From Fastidiosibacter lacustris (GTDB lineage Bacteria > Pseudomonadota > Gammaproteobacteria > Francisellales > Francisellaceae), in assembly GCF_003428155.1 (NCBI RefSeq), contig NZ_QLIR01000005.1:60001-92000 (forward strand): 32,000 nt of DNA. The letters run 5' to 3'. Position numbers and translations under genes: made by a program. Of this stretch, positions 1-8,773 are shown in pieces. How positions within the stretch are numbered: the first letter of the stretch is position 1; the number at the start of each line of letters is the position of its first letter. The notes beneath the pieces were generated by a model, which was not told the DNA's origin, did no database searches, and saw only the letters and a program-made list of their open reading frames with translations.

Positions 1-338
1 TTTCACGCGCCTTAAAATCACTTGCTAAAGAGCTGCATGTGCCAGTAGTTGCGTTATCTCAACTTAATCGTGGGGTAGATGATCGTGCGGATAAGCGTCC
101 AATGATGTCAGATTTACGTGACTCTGGAGCAATTGAGCAAGATGCTGATGTGATTATGTTTGTGTATCGCGATGAAGTCTATCACAAGGATAAAGAGGAT
201 AATAAAGGATTAGGAGAAATAATTATTGGTAAACAGCGTAATGGTCCTATTGGCAGCATCAAAGTTCACTTTGAGGGTCGTTTTTGTCGCTTTGCTGACC
301 TTACATTTGAGCAAGCCGTGCCAATAGGAATTTATTAA
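1..338 (+). CDS. dnaB: Replicative DNA helicase DnaB, C-terminal fragment (5' end lies outside the window)
   Basis: The frame is open from nt 3 ([60 protein letters not shown]...GKQRNGPIG). These are the typical DnaB RecA-like C-terminal motifs (SQLNR, RDSGxIEQDAD, KxRNGP). Stop TAA at 336-338. Confidence 0.92.
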   Translation, partial: SRALKSLAKELHVPVVALSQLNRGVDDRADKRPMMSDLRDSGAIEQDADVIMFVYRDEVYHKDKEDNKGLGEIIIGKQRNGPIGSIKVHFEGRFCRFADLTFEQAVPIGIY

Positions 339-432
339 CCTATTGTATCTGTTTTCAAGATGAAGCTGCTTATAAAGGCACTCTAACTTATATTCTTTAA
401 GGGTGCTTTAAAACTATATCTAACGTAGTCGC

Positions 433-1797
433 TTAAGCAAACCACAATAAAACGGTGTCTTTCAATCGTTGCCATAATGAACCGGTTGAATCGCCTTTTA
501 ATGTTAAAACTGGGAAGGTTTGAATTACTTTCCCTTTATATGTCATATCAACACTACCTGCTGGTGTGCCAGCTTGGATGGGTGCTACCAAACCTTTAGG
601 GTTTTTGTGTAATACAAATTGAATATCCTTGGCATTCACATCATGTGGGAAGCTGACCGTAATTGGTTGTTGTACTCCAATGTCAACCATGCCTTCAGCA
701 CCTTTATAGACACGAATATCACCAAGTACATAATAGGCAGGATAAAAAGTTTTTGTTTGAAAATTAGAGAAACCATACTCTAATAGCGTTTGGCTATCAC
801 GTGCGCTTTGCAGTAGACTGGTTGAACCCATAACAACAGCAATCAAACGATCATGATCTGGTTTAACTGCAGAAGATACCAAGGAATCGCCAGCAGAATC
901 GGTTGATCCTGTTTTAATACCATCAGCATAAGGGTAAATTTCTAATAATTTATTATAATTTCGCGTGACAAAACCATTCATGCTAACGCTATCCATTTTG
1001 TAATAGTGGTAGTATTGTGGGTAGTCATAGATGATATGTTGAGCCAATACAGCAATGTCACGCGCTGAGGTGTATAAGTTGGGTGCAGGTAAACCCATGA
1101 CATTGCTAAAATGAGTGTTGTTCATTCCAAGTTTATTAGCAGTGAAGTTCATAATGTTAACAAAACCTTCCTGCGTGCCTGCAATGACCATTGCAAGCGT
1201 TACCGCAGCATCATTTCCTGAGGCAACAATTGTGCCTTCAAGCAGGTCTTGAATGGTGACTTTTTGTCCTGCTTTTAAGTGCATGCTAGAGCCTGCAGTG
1301 TGCCATGCTACAGCAGGGACTTTAACCTCTTGATTGAGTTTTAAATTGCCAGAAGCAAGGCGTTGCTCAGCGATGTACAACAACATCATTTTGGTTAAAG
1401 AAGCAGGAGCTACACGCAAATTAGCATTTTTTTCGGCTAATACGTTCCCTGTTTTAGCATCGATAAGAAGATAACCTTTAACGTTTAGCATTGGTGGAGT
1501 GACTACTTGATTTTTCCAAATTTCGGTGGCAGGTGTGACATCAGGTAGTTTGAGATCACTTGGTATAGGTGGAACCTGCACTTCAAATGGTACATTCGCA
1601 CTGGAAGAAACAGCACCATAAGCATTGAGTGGAACACCCATATAATTAACTGAAGCTGCACCATAGGTATTAGGTTGAGTTGTTATTTCACCAGAGGTAG
1701 GTGGTGTATTAGTTTGATTTGCAAGTGCAGGTTTAAGCTGAACCATAAATGAAGCAGAAAGCAGAAATACGGAGACTTTTTTAATATTAAACATCAT
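433..1797 (-). CDS. D-alanyl-D-alanine carboxypeptidase (low-MW PBP5/6 family, peptidase S11) with signal peptide and an extended N-terminal linker
   Basis: Hydrophobic N-terminal signal (VFLLSASFMVQLKPALA). SxxK (SLTK), SGN and KTG active-site triad motifs occur in the correct order, followed by a C-terminal PBP5_C-like beta domain. Confidence 0.88.
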   Translation of the reverse strand: MMFNIKKVSVFLLSASFMVQLKPALANQTNTPPTSGEITTQPNTYGAASVNYMGVPLNAYGAVSSSANVPFEVQVPPIPSDLKLPDVTPATEIWKNQVVTPPMLNVKGYLLIDAKTGNVLAEKNANLRVAPASLTKMMLLYIAEQRLASGNLKLNQEVKVPAVAWHTAGSSMHLKAGQKVTIQDLLEGTIVASGNDAAVTLAMVIAGTQEGFVNIMNFTANKLGMNNTHFSNVMGLPAPNLYTSARDIAVLAQHIIYDYPQYYHYYKMDSVSMNGFVTRNYNKLLEIYPYADGIKTGSTDSAGDSLVSSAVKPDHDRLIAVVMGSTSLLQSARDSQTLLEYGFSNFQTKTFYPAYYVLGDIRVYKGAEGMVDIGVQQPITVSFPHDVNAKDIQFVLHKNPKGLVAPIQAGTPAGSVDMTYKGKVIQTFPVLTLKGDSTGSLWQRLKDTVLLWFA

Positions 1798-2235
1798 TAT
1801 TACCTATAGGAAATTGACATGCAGTGATTTTTGAAGGCATTATATACCACTCACAACCCATTTTACAGATTTTCTTGCTTTGCATTTTATGTGTTTTTAT
1901 ATGGGATATACCCTAAAAATTCCCCAAAAATTCAAACAATTTTAGAAATTTGAGATGTGTTTTTTGTAAGAAATTTTAGAGTTAAAATAACTAATAATTA
2001 ATCAATTTATGCTTTATCAAAGCATTTTACTTTACAATTACACAAAAATAGAAGACAAAGCGCCGTTTACAAAGTGTAGGTTTTTACTATTTATTTTTTT
2101 ATTGCGGCTTTTGGTGTTCTACTTTTTTCTTGCCTATATTGGTGATAGAATGCCATCCACAGTAACAATCTGTGCTGTATAACCATTTTAAAAATAAAAC
2201 TATTAAACAATTAAAAAAATAAAGAGGATAATACT

Positions 2236-2613
2236 ATGTCTAGAATCCCGTCCTTGCAGGATCCGTTCTTAAATGCACTCAGAAGAGAAAAAATTTCAGT
2301 GTCAATTTATCTAGTCAATGGGATCAAATTGCAAGGCATCATAGAAGCATTTGACCAATTTGCTATTGTGTTACGCAATAGCGTTAATCAGATGGTTTAT
2401 AAGCATGCGATTTCAACTGTTGTACCTGCTAAAGCTGTGCGCTTAGTTTATAGTAACTATAATCCAAACCATAGCCACCAGCATAATAACACTGATCAAG
2501 AAGAAGACTTTGATGGAATCGAAGAAAATGTATATGAAGAATCTTATGATACAGATGTTGAAGAAATACAAGAGCACAACAAACATCCAATACAACAAAA
2601 TACTCAAATTTAA
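2236..2613 (+). CDS. hfq: RNA chaperone Hfq with a long acidic C-terminal tail
   Basis: Sm core [67 protein letters not shown] lies 7-8 nt upstream of the ATG. Followed by hflX-hflK-hflC as in many gamma-proteobacteria. Confidence 0.95.
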   Translation: MSRIPSLQDPFLNALRREKISVSIYLVNGIKLQGIIEAFDQFAIVLRNSVNQMVYKHAISTVVPAKAVRLVYSNYNPNHSHQHNNTDQEEDFDGIEENVYEESYDTDVEEIQEHNKHPIQQNTQI

Positions 2614-2642
2614 CCCTTTTAATCACTAAGGAGCTCTTTTCT

Positions 2643-3941
2643 TTGGAGATCTTTCATGACTATGAGGTAGGTGAGAACTGCCTACTAATTGATATTAATT
2701 TTTCATCTAAACCTGAGTTGAACGCAGAGCTTTCTGAGCTAAATGGTCTTGTTCATGCTGCAAATTGGCAAATTTCTGCAACGGTCTGTGCTAAACGAAG
2801 CTTACCAGATCCTAAGTATTTTTGTGGTAGTGGTAAACTCGATGAAATCAAAAAAATCATTGATAATAATCAGATTGATCTTGTGGTTTTTAACCATGCG
2901 ATCACACCTTCTCAAGAGCGTAATATCGAAAAAGCATTAAATTGTAAAGTCATTGATCGTACGCGTTTGATTTTGGAGATATTCTCACAACGTGCTCAAA
3001 CTCATGAAGGAAAGCTACAAGTTGAACTTGCACAATTAAACTACGTTGCTACACGTTTGGTGCGTGGTTGGACACACTTGGAGCGTCAAAAAGGTGGAAT
3101 TGGTATGCGTGGAGGACCTGGCGAAACCCAATTAGAGCTAGATCGACGAATGTTGCGTCAAAAAATTGCCCAAATTGAGAAGCGTTTAGAAAAAGTCAAA
3201 AAGCAACGCGCTTTAAGTCGTACTGCTCGACAAAAAAATGCCGTTCCAACAATTGCCTTTGTCGGTTATACCAATGCTGGAAAATCGACGCTATTTAATA
3301 AATTAAGTGGTGCACAAGTACTAGCAAAAGATCAACTCTTTGCAACATTGGATCCCACACTTCGCAAAGTAATAATTCCAAAATTAGGTGAGGTAGTATT
3401 ATCGGATACGGTAGGTTTTATTCGTAATTTACCGCATAATCTTGTCGAAGCATTTCATGCAACCTTAGAAGAAGCAATTGAAGCAGATTTACTCGTTCAT
3501 GTAATTGATTATGCTGATGAACATCATCGCGCTTATATTGAGCAGGTACATTTGGTGTTGGAACAAATTCATGCTGCTGATAAACCAATTATACAAGTCT
3601 ATAACAAAATAGATCGTTTAGAGGATGTTAAAGCACATATCATTTATCATAAAGATAAGCCGGCAGATGTCTATTTATCCGCGCAAACAGGACAAGGTAT
3701 TCAATTTCTATATGAAGCAGTTGCCAAATATTTTAATCAACAATGGTTAAAAGGCGTGTTGGTATTGTCCACCAAGCACGCCAAAGTAAGAGCAGAACTA
3801 TATCAGCTAGGGGCTGTTGAAAAAGAGACAATAAGTGACAGTGGAGAGTATCAATTAGCTTTACACATTGCAAAAAGCGATTTTGATGAAATTTGCGCAC
3901 ACAATAAACTTGAGTTAATAGCAAAATTTAGTCACCATTAG
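2643..3941 (+). CDS. hflX: GTPase HflX (TTG start)
   Basis: G1 GYTNAGKST, G3 DTVGF, G4 NKID. The N-terminal HflX domain contains ERQKGGIGMRGGPGETQLELDRR. AAGGAG lies 9 nt upstream of TTG 2643, and the N-terminus aligns with the E. coli HflX start (MF-RYD-GE). Confidence 0.93.
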   Translation: MEIFHDYEVGENCLLIDINFSSKPELNAELSELNGLVHAANWQISATVCAKRSLPDPKYFCGSGKLDEIKKIIDNNQIDLVVFNHAITPSQERNIEKALNCKVIDRTRLILEIFSQRAQTHEGKLQVELAQLNYVATRLVRGWTHLERQKGGIGMRGGPGETQLELDRRMLRQKIAQIEKRLEKVKKQRALSRTARQKNAVPTIAFVGYTNAGKSTLFNKLSGAQVLAKDQLFATLDPTLRKVIIPKLGEVVLSDTVGFIRNLPHNLVEAFHATLEEAIEADLLVHVIDYADEHHRAYIEQVHLVLEQIHAADKPIIQVYNKIDRLEDVKAHIIYHKDKPADVYLSAQTGQGIQFLYEAVAKYFNQQWLKGVLVLSTKHAKVRAELYQLGAVEKETISDSGEYQLALHIAKSDFDEICAHNKLELIAKFSHH

Positions 3942-3972
3942 CGCACTGAAAGAGAAACCTAAAGTAGTATCG

Positions 3973-5100
3973 ATGGCATTTAAGTTTTTATCACTTAATA
4001 AAGTTTTCAACCAAGGACCACCTGATCTGGAGGAAGCGATTCGCCGATTTTTAGGCAAGGGTCGTAAATCAAACCAAGGGAATGATTCCAATCATTCATC
4101 TAATGACTCACCTAGTCCAAATATTGGTGGGAACGGTCAAGGGTCAGAGCCGCCTAAAAAAGATAACAATCGTAGCATTTACTCACGAAACGTAAGTCAG
4201 CAAAAACCCTTGCCAGTTAAGAGAATTATAGTTGGTGTAGCAGTGACTATTATTGTTGTATGGGCTGCAATGGGAATTTATGTTGTACAACCAGCACAAC
4301 AAGCAGCAGTGTTGGCCTTTGGTAAATTTTCATCTGTCGAAGGGTCAGGCATGCACTGGCATCCACCTGGTTTTGTTAGTGTGATCAAGAAAGACGTTGA
4401 GGTATTAAATACAATAAAATTGGATAAGCAGATGCTGACTTCTGAAGAGAATATTGTTCATGTATCGTTTTCAGTTCAATACCGCATTGCAAATTTAGAA
4501 AAATATTTATTTGCAACAAATAATCCTGAGCTTATCTTAAGACAATCGCTTGAGAGCGCTGTTCGTCAAGTAGTTGGTGAAAATAAACTTGAGAAAATCT
4601 TAACAACTTCTAGAACTCAGATTACCTTAGAAGTACAAAAAGAGTTAGAAAAATTACTTCAAAAATATCAAACAGGTATTTTAGTTAGTGAGGTGATTAT
4701 GCAGCCTGCACAAGCTCCATCGGAGGTCAAAAGTGCATTTGATGATGTGATCAAAGCGCGTGAAGATCGTGAACGCATTCAAAACGAGGCACAAAGCTAT
4801 GCTAATAAAGTTGTCCCCGTTGCTAAAGGTAAAGCACAACGTATTTTGGATGAAGCGCGTGCATATCAAGAAAAAGTAGTGTTAGAAGCGCAAGGTAATG
4901 TGGCAAACTTTAGCCAATTATTGCCAGTATATCAGCAAAACCCAAATATTATCGAAAGCCAGCTATATTATCAGACGATGGAAAATATATTTAAAAATAA
5001 CAAACTGTATATTGTTGATGGCGATGGTGCTAAGAATATCTTTTATGGTGATAAATTATCGCCTGTGGCCTTATCCTCAACTGTCCAAGGAGGTCGCTAA
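3973..5100 (+). CDS. hflK: HflK, SPFH/band-7 modulator of FtsH protease
   Basis: QGPPDLEE motif at the N-terminus, a single TM, an SPFH domain, and the conserved block PSEVKSAFDDVIKAREDRERIQNEAQSYANKVVPVAKGKAQRILDEARAY. Confidence 0.93.
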   Translation: MAFKFLSLNKVFNQGPPDLEEAIRRFLGKGRKSNQGNDSNHSSNDSPSPNIGGNGQGSEPPKKDNNRSIYSRNVSQQKPLPVKRIIVGVAVTIIVVWAAMGIYVVQPAQQAAVLAFGKFSSVEGSGMHWHPPGFVSVIKKDVEVLNTIKLDKQMLTSEENIVHVSFSVQYRIANLEKYLFATNNPELILRQSLESAVRQVVGENKLEKILTTSRTQITLEVQKELEKLLQKYQTGILVSEVIMQPAQAPSEVKSAFDDVIKAREDRERIQNEAQSYANKVVPVAKGKAQRILDEARAYQEKVVLEAQGNVANFSQLLPVYQQNPNIIESQLYYQTMENIFKNNKLYIVDGDGAKNIFYGDKLSPVALSSTVQGGR

Positions 5101-5996
5101 TGAGCAATAAATTAATGAGTTTGATCGTCGTTATTATTGTAGTATTGTTGTTGTTATTTAGTTTGCTTTTTCGTGTTAATCAAGGAAATGAAGCAGTGAT
5201 TTTAAGACTTGGGGAGCTCAATCAAACAAAAGATGGTCAAGTCAAAGTCTATACGCCTGGGTTAAACTTTAAAATCCCACTGATTGAACAGATAAAGACC
5301 TATGATATGCGTTTGCGCACATTAATAGTAGATTCATCACGCGTGGTAACCAATGAGCAAAAAGATGTAATTATTGATGCGTATTTGGAGTGGAAGATTA
5401 TTAATATTTCCCAGTTTTACCGTAGTGTATCTGGTAACGATTCACGTGCTGAATTATTGTTAAAACAGTTTCTAGAAGCATCCCTGCGTGCAGAGGTCGG
5501 TAAAATTGATATTCAAGGTTTGATTAATAATGAACGTGATCAGCTTATGCAAACTTTAACTAGGAGTGTTCAAGATCAAGCAAAGAAAATTGGTATTGAT
5601 GTCGTTGATGTGAGAATTAAACAGATTGACCTACCTGAAACAGTTACTGATTCAATCTATCAAAGAATGCGTTCTGAGCGTCAAAAAGTAGCAGCTTCTA
5701 TTCGTGCTCAAGGGGAACAATTATCTGAATCGATTCGCGCTGATGCAGATGCAACAGTTACCATTACTCTTGCTAAAGCTGATCGTGATGCAAAAGAGAT
5801 AAAAGCAAAGGCAGATGCTAAAGCAGCTCAAATCTATGCAGAGACATATGGGCAGTCTAAGAAGTTTTATGATTTTTGGCGTACTATGCAGGCTTATCAA
5901 ATAAGCTTTAGTGGTAAAAAAGACGATGTCTTTATCCTCAAACCACAAGGTGAATTCTTTAAGTACTTTAATAGTGGAGCTTTGACTTCAGCTTAA
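5100..5996 (+). CDS. hflC: HflC, SPFH/band-7 modulator of FtsH protease
   Basis: The start overlaps the hflK stop (TAATG). N-terminal TM and SPFH domain (VVDVRIKQIDLPETVTDSIYQRMRSERQ). Confidence 0.93.
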   Translation: MSNKLMSLIVVIIVVLLLLFSLLFRVNQGNEAVILRLGELNQTKDGQVKVYTPGLNFKIPLIEQIKTYDMRLRTLIVDSSRVVTNEQKDVIIDAYLEWKIINISQFYRSVSGNDSRAELLLKQFLEASLRAEVGKIDIQGLINNERDQLMQTLTRSVQDQAKKIGIDVVDVRIKQIDLPETVTDSIYQRMRSERQKVAASIRAQGEQLSESIRADADATVTITLAKADRDAKEIKAKADAKAAQIYAETYGQSKKFYDFWRTMQAYQISFSGKKDDVFILKPQGEFFKYFNSGALTSA

Positions 5997-6012
5997 AAAT
6001 AAAGGAATACTT

Positions 6013-6672
6013 GTGCTTTATAACAACGTTATCTTTGACTTTGATTCAACCTTAATTCGTTTTGAATCACTTGAGCTTATTATGAAGAATTTACTAAATG
6101 GTGATGAAAATAAAATTAAGGCAATTGAAGGTTTAACTGAAGCAGGTATGAATGGTGAGATTAGCTTTAGAGAAAGTTTGGATCGACGATTACAGATAGC
6201 CAAGCCAACAAAAGCCGCATTAAACTGGTTTGCAGCTCAATATTGTCCGAGTGCGTTTACTTTTGGTATAGAGGCGCTTATTATCGATTTGCAGCGCATG
6301 GGTGTGGAAGTTTTTATTATTAGTGGCGGTTTTAAAGAGTTCATACTTCCTTTTTCTCAGACTTTACATATCAATCAAAACTATGTTTTTGCTGTTGAAC
6401 TCAATTGGGATGAACAAGGTGTTTTTAAGAGCCTTAATAACGATAACGGTTTTTGTGATTCTAAATTAGTTGGCGCACAAAAAATTAAGCATAAACTCAA
6501 AGGAAAAACAGTAGTTATAGGTGACGGATTTACGGATTTTGAACTCTATCGAGCAAGAATTGCAGATGACTTTATTGTCTATACTGAACACGTCAAACGC
6601 CGTAAAGTGATTAACTTGGCACCATATTATGCTAATTCAACTGAAGAATTAAGAGTCCTACTTCAACTTTAA
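6013..6672 (+). CDS. HAD-IB family hydrolase, phosphoserine-phosphatase-like (GTG start)
   Basis: HAD motif I FDFDSTL, motif II ISGG and motif IV GDGFTD, with a cap-domain insertion typical of the SerB/HAD-IB subfamily. SD AAGGA is upstream of the GTG. Substrate is not determinable from sequence. Confidence 0.7.
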   Translation: MLYNNVIFDFDSTLIRFESLELIMKNLLNGDENKIKAIEGLTEAGMNGEISFRESLDRRLQIAKPTKAALNWFAAQYCPSAFTFGIEALIIDLQRMGVEVFIISGGFKEFILPFSQTLHINQNYVFAVELNWDEQGVFKSLNNDNGFCDSKLVGAQKIKHKLKGKTVVIGDGFTDFELYRARIADDFIVYTEHVKRRKVINLAPYYANSTEELRVLLQL

Positions 6673-6762
6673 AGAAGTATTTTGACTCAAAAGAAGCCCA
6701 ATTTCATCATGTTCTAAGAAATCCATTTGAACTTAATTAGTTTTTTCACTACAATCTGAAGT

Positions 6763-6852
6763 TGCAACAGGGGTGCAAGCTTAACGTTTGCTGAGAAGGT
6801 CATTCCTAACCCTTTGTACCTGAACTAGTTAATACTAGCGTAGGAAGTTGTA
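6763..6852 (+). promoter_or_regulatory. TPP (thiamine pyrophosphate, THI-box) riboswitch aptamer
   Basis: Near-consensus core: caGGGGTGC...GCTGAGA...ACCCTTTGtACCTGAaCTaGTTAATaCTaGCGTAGGAAg. The P1 helix can form between 6763-6768 and 6847-6852. Located about 50 nt upstream of the next ORF on the same strand. Confidence 0.9.
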
Positions 6853-6873
6853 CCCTTTTCGTTATGGTTTGCA

Positions 6874-6900
6874 GCTTTCTATACTTAAATTATAGGAGGC
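6874..6900 (+). promoter_or_regulatory. Probable riboswitch expression platform: hairpin sequestering the Shine-Dalgarno sequence of the downstream ORF
   Basis: gctttctata (6874-6883) can pair with tataggaggc (6891-6900). This gives 10 bp including 2 G-U pairs and a 7-nt loop. The 3' arm contains the AGGAGG SD of the ORF starting at 6901/6904. Confidence 0.5.
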
Positions 6901-7524
6901 ATGATGGAATACATTGGTTATATTAGCATTAATATATCATTCGTTATTTATTGTACTTATTTCTTACCACAAATTATTTATAACCAGATTAAATGCCAAG
7001 CAGGATATATTAGTCATAGTAATCAAACACTTATGATTGTTGCAAATACGCTTGATCTTATATACGGTTTTGGTTTTAATTTGCAATGGCAATATCGTAC
7101 TGTCACGATGTCTATTTTGTTATGTTTACTATTTCAACAATGGCAGATATATAGAGATAGTCAGCAGAAAATATATCGATTTCATATTGTCATTTTAACA
7201 ATTGTTATTTTAGGTATAATATTTGCAATTTTCAATATATTAGGTCCTAAAGTATTACAAAAAATAGGATTTATAAGTATGTTTTGCTACGCAGTGCACT
7301 GGTTGCCACAAATCGTTAAAAATATAAAAGAAAAAAATGCCAGTGCTTTTAGTGTATGGTTTTTATTACTAAATATTATTGCTTTGCTTTGTGATGAAAT
7401 ATCAGCACTTAGTTTTGGATGGCCATTACCTAGTTTATTGAGTCCAATTTTAATTTTAAGTTTATTATTCATTGTGGTTGGTCAATATTACTACTACCAA
7501 CGCTTGAGAATGATTATTGATTAG
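6901..7524 (+). CDS. 7-TM membrane protein with two PQ-loop repeats (3+1+3 topology); candidate thiamine or thiamine-precursor transporter
   Basis: Seven hydrophobic segments. 'LPQI' motifs follow TM1 (YFLPQIIYNQIK) and TM5 (HWLPQIVKNIKEK), each then followed by the characteristic short loop and second helix of a PQ-loop/SWEET-type triple-helix bundle. Directly downstream of the TPP riboswitch. ATG 6904 has the better SD spacing. Confidence 0.75.
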   Translation: MMEYIGYISINISFVIYCTYFLPQIIYNQIKCQAGYISHSNQTLMIVANTLDLIYGFGFNLQWQYRTVTMSILLCLLFQQWQIYRDSQQKIYRFHIVILTIVILGIIFAIFNILGPKVLQKIGFISMFCYAVHWLPQIVKNIKEKNASAFSVWFLLLNIIALLCDEISALSFGWPLPSLLSPILILSLLFIVVGQYYYYQRLRMIID

Positions 7525-7618
7525 TACCAGTTCAGTGCTATATGTTGGATTTTAGTATACAAATGAATGAAAAACAGTATGCTGGCAACTAATCCTATTA
7601 AAATGGAAACGCAATAAT

Positions 7619-8773
7619 ATGGTTATTTCTGAAATAGAGCGTTATCGAGCAAGCAAAAAGGTTACCATCACTAGTATGTTTGTTAATACTTTATTAGCGG
7701 CATTAAAAATGGTCATTGGTTTGATTGGTCGATCACCCGCTTTGTTTGCAGATGGTATACATTCATTCTCAGATTTATTAAGTGACATCATGGTATTATT
7801 TGCCACCAAGCATGCCAATAAAGGGGCCGATTACAATCATCCTTATGGGCATGAACGTATAGAAACATTAGCGACAGTGGTGTTGTCAATTATGTTGATT
7901 ATGATTGCACTTCTTATTAGTTATCACTCTATACAAAATTGGTTTATAGGTGAGTTAATCATCCCTGATCAGTGGACCATTTACGCCGCTATTTTTTCAA
8001 TTGTGGCAAATGAAGGATTGTTTCGTTATATTATGGTGACAGCAAATCGGATTGGTTCAGATTTACTGCGTGCAAATGCGTGGCATAGCCGATCAGATAT
8101 GTGGTCATCTGTTGTGGTATTGATTGGATTAATTGGTACGACGTTAGGTGTTACGTGGATGGATTCACTGGCAGCAATTATTGTATCGATTATGATTGGG
8201 AAAATGGGTGTTGAATGGTGTTATAAAGCGTTATCTGAATTAGTCGATACTGGAGTTAATGAAGAGATATTACATAAAATTGAGGAAACAATTGCTAAAG
8301 TTGATGGTGTTAAAAGGTTTCACTGTTTGCGCACACGTAAGATGGCAGGACAGATCATTTTGGATGTACATGTTTTAGTTGATTCACACATAACAGCATC
8401 AGAAGGACACTATGTAGCAGAACATGTGCGTGGTGCATTAGCACTTAAAATTGAAAATATAAAAGATATCACGGTGCATGTGGATGTAGCAGAGCATCCA
8501 GAACAAATCGTTGATCCAAAAGACATGCCACCTAATCGCACGGAAATTATGCGCCAACTCGAAGTCTACCTAGTACAAAATCATCAAAATGTTAATTTAC
8601 ATCAAATTGAATTGTTTGTTTATTACTACTCTAAGAAGATTGAGTTATACTTATTGGCGCCAGCAGCTTGTAAGCGAGCGTTAGTGGATGCGAATCTTGA
8701 AAGCTTTAAGATTGAGGGTATGACAACAATTATTAAGCTTTTCATGTTGCATTCTGTGCAAGAAGAAAAATAA
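7619..8773 (+). CDS. Cation diffusion facilitator (CDF) family divalent metal efflux transporter with a ~90-aa C-terminal extension
   Basis: Six TMs with metal-site motifs HSFSDLLSD (TM2) and HSRSDMWSS (TM5), plus a cytoplasmic ZT_dimer-like domain (VDGVKRFHCLRTRKMAGQIILDVHVLVD). About 90 extra residues follow. Confidence 0.85.
   Translation: MVISEIERYRASKKVTITSMFVNTLLAALKMVIGLIGRSPALFADGIHSFSDLLSDIMVLFATKHANKGADYNHPYGHERIETLATVVLSIMLIMIALLISYHSIQNWFIGELIIPDQWTIYAAIFSIVANEGLFRYIMVTANRIGSDLLRANAWHSRSDMWSSVVVLIGLIGTTLGVTWMDSLAAIIVSIMIGKMGVEWCYKALSELVDTGVNEEILHKIEETIAKVDGVKRFHCLRTRKMAGQIILDVHVLVDSHITASEGHYVAEHVRGALALKIENIKDITVHVDVAEHPEQIVDPKDMPPNRTEIMRQLEVYLVQNHQNVNLHQIELFVYYYSKKIELYLLAPAACKRALVDANLESFKIEGMTTIIKLFMLHSVQEEK

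Noticed and set aside
339-432. Imperfect inverted repeat (aaaggcac...gtgcttt) between the convergent dnaB and dac genes, considered as a bidirectional terminator.
   Set aside because: The stem is short and bulged with a ~20-nt loop. It is plausible but not supportable without energy calculation or transcript-end data.
2429-2626. 65-aa minus-strand ORF antisense to the 3' half of hfq.
   Set aside because: It lies entirely inside the well-supported hfq CDS and has a low-complexity translation (mirror of the acidic tail) with no SD. It is not a protein gene. An antisense RNA cannot be excluded, but nothing in the sequence demonstrates one.
6659-6683. Hairpin tacttc-N9-gaagta followed by TTTT, overlapping the stop of the HAD hydrolase gene, considered as an intrinsic terminator separating it from the riboswitch unit. 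A similar weak hairpin is at ~10226-10242 (tttagg-ggttt-cctaaa).
   Set aside because: The stems are 6 bp and AT-rich, with long loops. That is too weak to call by eye and needs a TransTermHP/RNAfold score or 3'-end mapping.
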